From contig JANJGN010000022.1 of assembly GCA_026770705.1 (NCBI GenBank), forward strand, positions 2,790,001-2,854,000: a stretch of 64,000 nt of DNA. Reading direction: 5' to 3'. Origin of the DNA: Isurus oxyrinchus (Eukaryota). Shown one piece after another: positions 1-11,252 of this stretch (the stretch's first letter is position 1; every line of letters begins with the position of its first letter). A program made the translations under genes and the position numbers. The notes beneath the pieces were generated by a model, which was not told where the DNA came from, did no database searches, and was given only the letters and a program-made list of their open reading frames with translations.

Positions 1-235
1 TCTTAGGAAAATCCTCTCATCCCAGGGACTAACCTTGTGAACCTTCCTTGTACCACTTCCAATGCAAGTATATCCTTCCTTAGTTATAGAGACCAAAACT
101 GCGTGCAGTACTCCAGGTGCGATCTCACCAAAGTCCCATACAATTGTAGCAAGACTTCTTTATTCTTGTACTCTAATCCATTATGATAAAGGCCAATATG
201 CCATTTGCCTTCCTAATTGCTTGCTGTAACAGCGG
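1..235 (-). mobile_element. CR1-type LINE fragment (ORF2 C-terminal region)
   Basis: Reverse complement reads like CR1 ORF2 (HLEYCTQFWS...RKDILALE...RFTRLVPG); homologous copies at ~34900-35170, 41600-41900 and 53100-53350. Confidence 0.8.
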
Positions 236-599
236 AAGCCATTCCATTGGCTCCAAGCCCCCAATTCCAGAATTTTATGTCAGGTGTAATGCAATGAAAT
301 GGAATATATCACATTGCAAATTTCCCAATACATCTACCTTAGCAGCAATGTTATAGGTAACATTCCTGGTTTCCTATGAGTGAGGTGTGCCCAATATTTG
401 GGCCAGTGCAATTCCATTTGTCATGAAGGTTCTGGAAAAGGAGGGCAGGTTGTTTACATTAGGCAGTAGAATGGATAAATTTGAGATACTGCATGCGGAG
501 AAGGGTTTGCCAATGCTGGTACATTTGTGGAGTGAAGAAAGAAGGTGTACACAAGACTGATAAGCCAGCCATAGCCAGAGAATCACCTACAATGAACTG

Positions 600-965
600 C
601 TCCACACCATTACCTCTGGTTGTCCCCCTAGGATCTGTCCTTGGCCACATCTTATTTCTCATCTACATGCTGCATCTCGGTGACATCATCCAAAAATGTA
701 TCAGGTGCTACATGTACGCTGATAACTGCCTCACCACCCAGGACCTCTCTCAACCCTTCCATGGCTCTGTGTTGTCACACTGCTTGGCCAACATCCAATA
801 CTGATGTCGAAATTGCCTCCAATTAAACACTGGGAAGAGCAAAACCATTGTCTTCAGTCTCCGCCACAAACCCTGTTCCCTCCCTTGTCACTGTCTCAGA
901 CTGAAACAGGTCGATCATAACCTTTGCGCCTGAGTTGAGCTTCTGGCTCCTCCACATCACAAGGA
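600..965 (+). mobile_element. L2-type LINE reverse transcriptase fragment (degenerate)
   Basis: ORF 481-804 contains VPLGSVLGHILFLIYMLHLGDII...YADN, a decayed form of the GVPQGSVLGPLLF..YM.PLGDII..YADD motif of L2 RT. Confidence 0.75.
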
Positions 966-1004
966 CACCAGCAACTGCTCCTGACTTACCTTTAACCTCC
1001 TCCA

Positions 1005-2300
1005 TTCTAATGAACAGATCTAAATCTCTGGTCTACCTTCATCCCTGGGATTATCTCGGTGAACCTCTTCCATTCCATCTCCATGGTCTTGACATCCTCT
1101 CTAAAGTGAAGCACCAAAACAGCACACTCTATTTGAACTGTGCTCTAACCAATCGTTTATATATAATCATCACTTTGGTTTTATACTCTAGGCCTATTTA
1201 TAAAACCTAGGATCCCTTGAGTTTTTTTTTAGTTTTATCAATCAAAAGTATCTGTCTAAGCCCCAAAGTCTCTCTGTAACCCTTCTAAAATGTTACTATT
1301 TAATGAGTATTTTCTGTCCTTATTCTCCATCTCAACATTTATTACCTCACATTTCTCCCCATCAAATTTCCTCTGACATTTATCTGTCCAAAATACTAAC
1401 CAGTCCTTTAAGTTGCACATAGTCCGCATCATAATTACCCACAGCCCCTGTACTGAAGGGTCACTATCTTAAACTGAGAGCTTAGCCACTTAATAGAGAA
1501 ATCTGAAACCCTTCTTCATACAAAGGATAGTGGAATTCTGGAGCTCACCCAGAAAATGCTGTGAAAGCTCAGGGTGGGGATCGGCTCATTGGAACCTTCA
1601 AAACTCAATAGGTTTTTCTTGGGGAGTCAAGGGATATGGAGCCAAGTTAGGTAAATGGAGTTGATGAACCACAATCTAATTGAAAGGTGGGATAGGCCCG
1701 AGGGGCTGAATAGGCTCCTCCTGTTTTCCTATCATCTGCAAATTTTGATAATGTGGTCCCTGTGCTCACATATAGATCATTTAAATATGTTAGAAGACTA
1801 ACCCTGACCCTGAAGACACCACTCTTTGTATCCCTCCAGTCCAAATAATATGTTAACACTTGCGCCCATTTTCTGCCCTTTGCCCAACTGCCTAACAATG
1901 CCAAGTTAACCCCTTTAATACTGCCTCCTTTTAATGTTAGCAACCAATCTCCTGTGTAGCACCTAATCTATCATCTTCTGAAAATCCATTGAAACAAGAT
2001 CCAGTGCATTTCCTTTTTCAATACACTGTTATTTCCTAAAAAAAACTCAAGGTTTGTCAGAAATTACTTGCTTTTTATAAATTCACAATGGCCTTAATTA
2101 TGCCATCTCTTTCTAGATGCATATTAATTTTATCCTATATTAAGGCTTTTAGAAGTTTATCCCTTGCCAATGTTGGCCTAAAGTTACTCATCTTATTCCT
2201 TTCTATTTTTGGACGGAGGTGTGTTGCATTGGGAGTTCTCCAGTCATTTGACACAGTGTCCATTCCAAGGATGTTTGAAAGATTATGGTCAGTAGCTCTG
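1005..2300. mobile_element. Mosaic of old CR1 fragments (both strands)
   Basis: Minus-strand RT remnant YLNDL...LSKFADD (ORF 1647-1943); plus-strand CR1 3'-end-like sequence at ~1450-1722 ending ggctgaataggctcctcctgtt. Confidence 0.6.
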
Positions 2301-2557
2301 CTAGTTTCTCTCTGCCTTCCCCCAGCATTCTGGATCTATGTTATCAGAGCTCAATGTCTTTCACACTTTGAATTCCACCATTCATTAGTATTCATTTATC
2401 TATTGTTATCTTATACTATAAATGACCCCACAATCTGTTCTTGTATCCTTTCATTCCCACAACCACACTCTCCTGTGAGAAGCAAAGCAAAGTACCTGCA
2501 CTATTCTCATGTTTTCCTTTCTCATCTCTGACTGTCTCTGATTGGCCCTGCACTATC

Positions 2558-2837
2558 TATTGTAGCATAAGGGTCAGGCACATAAAGGGTTAAGATGGGA
2601 TTGAGTACACTACCACCCACGCAGTGATGTAAAAGAACACATGACCTGCACCTAGGGTCAGTCTAGTGTTGGATAGAGCTGTGTGTAGAAGCAAGCATGG
2701 AGATAGCTCCTAGCTTGGACCTTTCCTGTGCCTAAGTACATAGTTTCTGGTAATTAATAAATACTTTCTGTTGAACTATCTAACTCTGTGAATACCTCAA
2801 TAAGATTTGTCAAGCTAATGGCCAACCTCTTACAACA
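2558..2837 (+). mobile_element. Putative solo LTR (~280 bp)
   Basis: Starts tattgtag and ends ttacaaca (imperfect TGTTGTA..TACAACA termini); internal AATAAA; flanks tatc/tctc (possible 4-bp TSD with 1 mismatch); related copy at ~51378-51594 on the minus strand. Confidence 0.55.
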
Positions 2838-3604
2838 TCTCTGGCTATTTCTGATGGGCCCTGCACCACCTCTAACTAACCTTTTTTTGCTATTTTCCCT
2901 ATTTATAAGATTCTCTGATATCTCTCTTTATGTTCTTTGCCAGACATTCTTCATACCCCCTTCTTCATCATTCTTTGCAATTCCTTCTGTACTTTTTACA
3001 TTTGCTTTGATTCTCCCAGGTTTTTAACATACCTCTGTCATTTAAATTGTAGCTTGTCTGACTGATTTGGCTTGACTGTCTTTCTTTCTTGTAGGAATGT
3101 GTCTAGACTGTACCCTCTCCTACTTCAATATTCCCTTTTGTTTTGATACACTGTCTTATTGAACAACTTTTCCTGCCAATTTTTTCCCCAGTTAAATACC
3201 TGTATTTTTGACCTTTCACTCTTATTTACCTATGTAAGGGACCTAAAGGCACCCATGAGGAATGCCTGAAAAACGGCCCAACCCAACATCAGGTTAGGAG
3301 AATTTCAGGCATCCATTGGGTGTGTTTTACAACTGTAATGTCCAATTTCTACATCAAAGAATGGACCCCCTTAAAGTGAAGGCATGAGGCAGGTCCCAGG
3401 GACATAAGCCTGATGTGGTACAGCTAATCACAAACATTTTCCACATTGAGACAATGGATTCAGTACTGAGCAAGGGAGTATATCCTCGTATGTGTGTAAT
3501 TTAAGGGTCTTGCAAGCTGTAGGATCCGGCCATTCTCTAAAAGCCCTGTTTCATGTTACTGCCCATTGTCCATGGGGAGAGTGGCCTCTGAGTAATTGTG
3601 CTCT

Positions 3605-3950
3605 TTACAGCCATGGCTCAATGGCTGGCGCTCCTGCTTTTCACCTCAGGAGGTCCTGAGTTCCAGTCCTACTCCAGAGACCTCAGCACACAATCCAGTC
3701 TGACATTTCCAGTCCAGTGCTGAAAGAATGCTGCACTGTCAGAGATGCTGTCTTTCTAGTGAGACATCAAACTGAGGGTGCCGTCTGCCCTCTCAGGTAG
3801 ATGTGAAAGATCCTTGGGCACTATTTCATAGGACAGGGTCTTCTCCTTGTGCCCTGCCCAATATTTATCTGCCAACCAACATAACAAATAGATTATCTGG
3901 TCCTGAGGTTGTAAAATGTGCTATATAAATGAAAGTAATTTTCTTCTTTC
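3605..3950 (+). mobile_element. tRNA-derived Deu-domain SINE (SacSINE1/AmnSINE-like)
   Basis: Deu-domain-like core (gctgcactgtcagagatgctgtcttt...gccgtctgccctctcaggtagatgtgaaagatcc...gattatctggtc) and L2-like tail gtgctatataaatgaaag. Confidence 0.75.
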
Positions 3951-4579
3951 CTGCTTTTTATCTTTCCCCAGCGGATACTCACAGCCTGAGAGTTGGCTGA
4001 ATATTGATTTTTTTTCTACAATATGTTTAGTCTTGTGTTCCAGTTTTGGAATAGGTGCCCATGCCCTCTCATTGCTGCTGAACTATCTGGGTAATAATAG
4101 ACTGTCAGCTTCCTCTGCTGACATGTATGCCAGACTGTCCCATTCTGAGTCATTTAGAATCAGACAGTGTCCTTTCCTTCACAGTCTCTCTAAACCTCCT
4201 TCCCAAATGACAAGGTAAAGCTCACCAAGATTATAGGGTTTTAAAACATTCAACAGATTTTACTGACAATTTTTTCTGTTAGCAGGAGTACTCCTGTACA
4301 GTGATGAGGGAGGGGGCGTTTTCAGTCTATTTCTGTTGCATAGATTCTGCTGAGGGCAAGCGCAGTGGCAGAATCGATTTTCATTTTGCATGAGCCTCAG
4401 AGCAATCCATGGCAACGCTAAAGCTTGGGAAGATGGATTGGGTTTGATGCCATATCATCTGATGGTCGACCATACAATATAAAATGTGGAGGCTCCAAAT
4501 GGACTGGTTAACAAAAATAACTGATCTGGTCGGAATGTGTTAGCGACAATGTAAACTTATTGGAAGGTTTATGGTAAAG

Positions 4580-4800
4580 CTTTCCAAAGACTCTCTGTGC
4601 CATGGGTTGGGACCTGGAACACGCTGCCTGAAAGGGCAGTGGAAGAAAACTCAGTAGTAACTTTCAGAAGAGAATTGGGTAAATACGCAAAAAGGAAAAG
4701 GTTTACAGGGGAAAGAGGACGGATAATTGGATGATCCTTTCAAAGAGCCAGTACAGGCAATGATGGGCTGTATGGCCTTCCAAGCTTTAAGATTCTAAGT
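4580..4800 (+). mobile_element. CR1 3' end fragment
   Basis: tggaacacgctgcctgaaagggcagtggaag...gatgggctgtatggcctt matches the CR1 3' ends repeated across the window. Confidence 0.6.
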
Positions 4801-6689
4801 TTCTCATGCACAACAGAAAGTTTCTCAGGGAATGGTGCTGTGATTCTTTGATAAACAGTCCACCAGGAAGGGAGCAGTATCTTGGAAAGGTTTCCAACCA
4901 CCCCCCCCACCACCATCCCCACTCCCACTGGTTGGCTACTTCCAGCAAACCCATTAATGGATCCCAGTGTGTTGAGTGTTGCTGAAGTTGAGCAAGTGCC
5001 ACTCACCACCACCTTGTCAAGGGAAGTTAGGGATGGGCAATAAATGCTGGCCCAGCTGGTGACGGCCACACCCCTGAACAAATCATTTTTAAAAAACCGT
5101 TTTCTCAAATTGACGTGGGGGAATTTGAACTCTCACACACTGGATTTTTAGTCCCATCACATCTCCCACAGCAACTACAGCCCAGCTAACGTCAGAGTGC
5201 AGTGTGGTCAGTATGGTCGGAGGGAGTATAGGCGCCATCATGTTGTAGGCATCATCGGTGTCTCTTGGGTCATCGGTGGCACCTGTCTCGTTGGAGTTGT
5301 TGATTTTCTCATGCTCAAACTATTTCATCTCACTGAGCTTTTCACAATAGCCAAACTCCTTTACTCTGTCTACTATAGGACAGAAGCTTCCAGCATAGGA
5401 GGCCATTCAGCTCACTGTGCCCATGTAGGCTCTTTGCAACAGTAAAACATATCAAATCCCACTGCACTGTTCTCTCTTCATAGCTCTATTGCTTCAAATA
5501 TTCATCCTCCATTTGCAGCAAAGATACAATGGTCTCTGCCACAGCTACTTAAGTTATATTCCATTCTCTGCCACCATGGGAGAAAGTAATCAGCTCTCAG
5601 CTACACACCAAGGCTGTATCCTAACTAGCCACGAGCACTCTAAGGGAGATTAAGAAGAGTTCCAAAGGGTGACAGGTTGTCTCCTTCTCTTTAGGATAAA
5701 GAGTACCTGCTTTTATAGTACTCAGTTTGGGAAACCGGGGGCCTACAGGCTCCCAAAGAAGATTCAACACTTGCTCTTTGTGTTGCTGCTTTGAAGGAAT
5801 CCCTCACTCTGCTTCAGCAAGATACGCTCAGCAAATACACCATCAGGACCCCTTCTAAAGGATGGGGGGTGGGGAAAGTCTGACCAATGAGACCCATTCT
5901 AAAGTGGGAGTCACCATACAGACCCCTTCTAATTTACAAATAATTCCGATTGTGCTTACATTATTTTGCACAATTTTATTTTTTTTAGATGCAGTGAATA
6001 TTCAGCGAGAGATGGCTACATTTATTGGGGGAAACTGGCTTGGTTGTGTGGTGCCTGGGCAGTGGGGGGAAGGGGTGATAGCACGTCCTGATTCTAGCTG
6101 GGTGTAGAGACAGAATTCAGGTTCATGCAGATACAACCGAGCTAATAAGTGAACCTCTGAGAATTGGACCAGCCGAATGGACAAGTAGATGTTTTCATAT
6201 GGAGCTTGCTCTATCCACACCACAACCCCTCTCCATCAAATATTATTTTGTCCCGTGCCGTGATGGTGTCAATTTGCTGTTGCCAGTTAAATGTTGCCAG
6301 TGTTCTAAACAGATGGTTTTTCTTCTGAGCTATTCCCAAAGTAATTAATCATGGTCTGGGCTCAACAGAGCGTTAATCATGGAATGAGCACAGGCGAGCT
6401 CTGTCCCAGCTGTGTTTTCCCAATAATAATCCCATAGTTAAGGTAAATGCCGCAGTTCATCAACTCAAACCAATCAGCTGCCCGATACACCAAACGAAGC
6501 CAACATCATGTTTCAGTAAAAACAAAACCTTTCCTTTCACTGGGCACACAGGATATTATCTGTGCCCATGCATGTGGGGAAGAGGCTAATTGTTGTCTCA
6601 GCTGCTCCTTTGCACAAGGTATCAGAGTTTGCCTGCCTTATTTGAATGTCCCCAACCTCTGATGAATTGAGGTTCCCCACAGCACATCC

Positions 6690-8075
6690 ACTTTAAAATT
6701 CTCATCCTGTGTTCCAATTCCTCCTTGACTCACTCCTCCCCTGGGAAGCTGATCGTCCGAATACATGTGCACCCTATCACCGAGAGTGCCTATTTTCACC
6801 TCTGTGTCTTCACCTGTCTCCTCCTCTGCCTCAGCTCATCTGCTGCTGAAGCCCTCATTCATGACTTTATCCCCTCCAAGCTGCCTATTCTAATACACTC
6901 CTAGCCAGCCTCCCATCTTCAACCCTCTACAAACTTGAGGCCATCCAAACTTTGATGCTTTGTGTTCTAACTCCCCTCAAGTCCCATTCCTCTATCTCCC
7001 CTGTGCTCACTGACCTACATTGGCTCCCAGTCAAGCAACACTTGGGGCAGGATCTTACGTTCATCGGGCTGGTGCACGCCTGACCCTATGGGGTGTAAAA
7101 TAGTGCATGATGACGCGGGGCGAGTGTGAATTGGCAGCGCGCCTGCTGACGATTGAGAGGGCTATTAAGCCCATTCATCAGTTAATTCAGCAGTATTTTG
7201 TGCTGCCCATCTAACCTTACAGTTGATGGGCAGGTGAATTGGCCAAGCGGCCTTCAGATTTTTTAGGAAACCTCATCCACGGGCAGGATGTGGTTTCCAG
7301 CAGTAATTTTTTAAAAATAAAAAAATTTTTGAACATAATTTTCAGTGTGTCCCTGATCATGTGACCAATTCACACGTGGGGACATGTTTCCCTCGTTTTT
7401 AAGATCTTTATTTTTGATTGTGAAGTTCTCAGTCTCTGATACTCTGTGCCATCAGGAGGATTTCCGAGCGCCCTCCCCCACGCATGCGCAGACTTTAGCG
7501 CTCGCGCTCCTCCCCTCCCCCGACCCCAGCAGTGCTGAGCTCCTCAGCACCTTTCACGCCAGCTAGCCGTCAATTGGCAGCCTGTGTGAAATCGGTCAGG
7601 GCCCGATTGCGGGCGCAGGCTGTTTCTCGGCTGCTCCTGGGCCCTCCTGCTGCGCCTGCCCAACGAACAGGAAATCCTGGCCTTGGATCTTAAACTTCTC
7701 ATCCGTGTGGTCAAATCCCACCTCCCACCCCCACCATGGCCTTGCCCTTCTCTATCTCTGTAATCTCCAGCTCCGCACCCTCCAAGATCTCTGCACTTCT
7801 CCAATTCTATCCCCTTGAACATCCCCAATTTTAATCGCTCCACCCATTGGTGGCTCTGCCTTCAGCTTCCTCAGCCTGAAACTCTGGAAATGCCTCCTGA
7901 AATTGCCCTGCCCCTCTACCTGTCTCTCTTCCTTTAAGATGCTGCTCCAGACCTAGCTATTTCACCAAGCTTTTTGTCACGTGTTCTAACATCTCCTTAT
8001 CTTCGTAGTTGCTGTCTGATAATGCTGCTGTGAGGCACCTTGAAATGTTTTGTTAGGTTAAGGATGCTATGTAAA
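6690..8075 (+). mobile_element. L2 LINE 3' portion, interrupted by a MITE
   Basis: Contains L2-type ctacattggctcccagtcaagcaac; sequence resumes as ttaaacttctcatcc after the 7045-7682 insert; ends with an L2-like tail ggatgctatgtaaa. Confidence 0.7.
7045..7682. mobile_element. Non-autonomous PIF/Harbinger-like DNA element (MITE)
   Basis: Imperfect TIRs gggcaggatctt / aaatcctggcc; 3-bp direct repeat ttg on both sides (7042-7044 and 7683-7685); splits an L2. Confidence 0.65.
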
Positions 8076-8104
8076 GGGAGCGTTACCATGTGAAGAGAGT
8101 TTAA

Positions 8105-8594
8105 TAAGAAATAGGACTCTGCCAGTTAGTAAGATCACAGTTAAACTCCTACATCAACTTCGTTTTCTTACCCTATTCCATATCCCATAATTCCCTCATC
8201 TATCAATCTCAATCTTGAATAAATTCATCGTTTCAGCTTCCACAGTTTCCCCGGGGTAAAGAATTCCAAAGATTCACAACCTTCTGAGCAAAGAAATTTC
8301 TCCTCATCTCAGTCTTAAATGGGCTGAGTCCATAGCCCAAGACAATAACCCCGAATTCCTGACTCTACAACCAAGGGAAACAGCCTCTCAGCATCATCTA
8401 GTCAAGCCCTTTATATGTTTCAATGACATCATCTCTCATTTTTCTAAGCTCCAAAGAATATAGGCCCATTCTACTCAATCTCTGATCATAGGACAACGTT
8501 ATCAATCTAGTGAACCTTCATTGCATCCCCAGTCCCTTGTCCCAGGGCATAAGTTATTCCTTTGGAGACTAGAGTTACACACAGTACTCCAGGT
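8105..8594 (-). mobile_element. CR1 3' fragment
   Basis: Same reverse-complement CR1 tail blocks (aaagaattccaaagattcacaacc...aagaaatttctcctcatctcagtcttaaat) as at 34600-34900. Confidence 0.65.
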
Positions 8595-9010
8595 GTGTCA
8601 GCCTTGGCTCAGTGGGTAGTACCTCTTGCCTCTGAGTCAGAAGGTTATGGGTTCAAGTTGCATCCAAGGACTTCAGCACAAAATCCTAGGCTGACACCCC
8701 AATCTTTTGGGTGAGACGTTAAACTGAGGGTCCATCAAGCTTCTCAACTAAACGTAGAAGATCCTATGGCACTGTTTTGAAGAAGAGCAGGAGAGTTATC
8801 GCTGGTGTCCTGGCCAATATTCATCCCTCAGTCAACACCACAAAAACAGATTATCGGGTCATTATCACATTATTGTTTCTGGGATCTTGCTGTGCACAAA
8901 TTGGCTGCTGTGTCCCTTACATTACAATAGTGACTACACTTAAAGAATTAGATTTTCTGTAAAGAGCTTGGAATGCCCCAGAAGGCTTTATATGAGTGTA
9001 AGTCTTTTTT
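8595..9010 (+). mobile_element. Deu-domain SINE with tRNA-like head
   Basis: Head with A-box-like tggctcagtggg and B-box-like gggttcaagt; Deu core (tgagacgttaaactgagg...aagatcctatggcactg...gattatc.ggtcattatcacatt); tail ggctttatatgagtgtaagtc. Confidence 0.8.
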
Positions 9011-9086
9011 CCACAGTATAAAGGAAGCGTTTCCAACATGGACCATTGCACCCTGACCTCTGGGTTGAGATCTGAAGTGTGATAAT

Positions 9087-10356
9087 GGGCAGAATTTTCT
9101 GTGCCCATTGGCAGCGGGCGTTTTAGGCAGTGTGAGTGGATAAAATGGTGAGAAGGTCAAAAATCAGTTTGATGCTGTGGTGAAACCAGTTTGTGATTGT
9201 CTGCTCCACCCAACAGTGGCAGGGCCGCGTTTCCCACCACCACACATCAGGAACCTCACTTCAATCCTTTAACATCTCATTATAAACTCTGCTCGCTGGA
9301 TTCATCCATCTCCCCCCCCCCACACTGGATCATCCGGGAATCTCCCTGACGGGTTTCACAACTGTACATAAACAACGTGCACCCGGTGAGCTGCACGTCC
9401 CTCAGGAGTTCGAGGGGTGTTTGCCCACCTTGCTTCAGGCAGCATTCGGGGTCTCAGTGCCAGGCTTCACAGGCAGCACCACATCACTTTTAGGGGGGGC
9501 TCACGGGCAGGTCTGTAACTACCAGACCAGCCGTAAGACAGGGGGGGCTTTTCAATGGCTGCAGGGCTGGGGCTTACTTGGGGAAGGGGGAGAAGAGGCC
9601 TCAGGTAAGGGAAGAGGCTGCAGGGTGAGGGCTGTACTGGGGAAGGAGGGTATCCCAGGGTGTGTGTGGGGGCCACATGTTGATCTGTGCAAGTGGCCTC
9701 AAGATGGTGAGGGCTGAGGAGGCACCCTCCAGAGGAGATGAGGCCAGATGGAGGTGTGAGGGTGTGTGTGAAAGAGTGAGTGGTGATGTCCCTTGAGCTG
9801 GCAGTGAGTGAGATGCCAGTGAATGTGTGACGGGCTTGTGAGTGTGTGAGTTTAGAGCAATGAGATGGTTACCTTCCCCTGGTGGCACAGATGAGATCAT
9901 TCATCCTCTTTCTCCACAGGATGGCCGACCTCTTGTGTGCTGCATTGACACTGACCATCACTGTCACCACCTCCCAAGCTGGAGGTTGCTGGACTTCCTG
10001 CGGCCAGAGTGGGGGTGGAGTACGTCAAGCCGGGCCTCCAAAAGACATTCCAGTGATGGATTAGTGAACTCTTCTTGGCTTTCAGGGCCATGTCTTCCCT
10101 GGAGCAGTCCTGGGCTGCAAGCATGGGCAATTGAGTGCATGGTTACAGTTTAGATACGGCACCCGGAGTGAGGAAATGGTGGGAAATGGCGTGGCGGGTG
10201 ATTCAGAGACTGCCCGCCAGCAAGGTGCGCGTTTCCTGTGGCTACATAATTAATGACGTGGGAAGCGAACGATACGGCGTGAAAAGCCTCCATTGTGGCC
10301 AGCAACGTTTTTCACACCCGCTACTCCACTTGGTGCAAAGCTGGGAAGATTCCACC
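9087..10356. mobile_element. PIF/Harbinger deletion derivative with Myb/SANT-like gene remnant
   Basis: TIRs gggcagaattttc / gaagattccacc with 3-bp aat repeats on both flanks; minus strand ~9890-10000 reads PAWEVV..VSVNAAHKRSA..WRKRMNDL; both ends homologous to the 17807-20356 element. Confidence 0.75.
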
Positions 10357-11252
10357 AATGTCCTGGTTAAATTGGAATGCATATTGAATCCAGATCATCT
10401 GTATGAAAAATATCCTGAATAACTCATTATCTGCAGTTTTCCAGTGAATTCTGTTTTCCCCATCAGAACGTGTGGTGAAACGTTGCGTGCTGCCTCCATG
10501 TTAAATGCTGCTCTTTGAAACATAACGCAGGAGTGATCAAAGCGTGCCAGCATGAAGCGAGACACCTGGATTTGTGTGTAAGTGTAGGTCAGTGTGACAA
10601 CCTATTGGTCTGCCTTCCCCTCCCTATGAGAACTTGACAGTTAAGTTCGCAAACATCCCTCTGGGGTACAGACCACACACCAACACTTGGCACAATGGCT
10701 AGCCAACAATCGCCATGTATGGTTTGGTAAACTGGAAAAGGCTCTACAGCATCTGACAACTGTAAAACAGAAAAGGTTTTATTAATCGGTTGCTCTGCAT
10801 TCCTTTTCAAGTGAGGTTAAGACCATCTGGAGAGGAAGAGTGGGTTTTTATACTGGACCTTTCACTAAAACCCTGTTGACTCCTGGTGATACAGGCTGAT
10901 GCTAAAGACAGTGGCAGAGATACAGGATCAAGCCAAAATGTCACATTCACCTTAGCTTGGCCAGATCAAATAACTTGTTTAACAAACAGCCTCTCTGCTG
11001 CAGGTCTGAGTATAGACAGAAACCTGGAGCTACGGCAGATCTGTCCTGTTGGCACTGAGTTTGCACTTTATCAATGTGGGACCTGCTGCAAGTTCAATGA
11101 GCTCTGGCTGTCTGAGTTCGGGTCGAAATGATCTGAAAAACTACAACTCATCACTTTTTCCACAGATAAGCTGCTTACCAATAACAAAAATATATCTTTT
11201 TCCAAATATGGGTTTTCCTGTGGAATACTTTGTGAAAGGTGCTTCCAGGAAT

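Noticed and set aside
8597-8670. tRNA-like A/B boxes (also ~42150-42215)
   Set aside because: These are SINE heads that continue into SINE bodies; no convincing cloverleaf.
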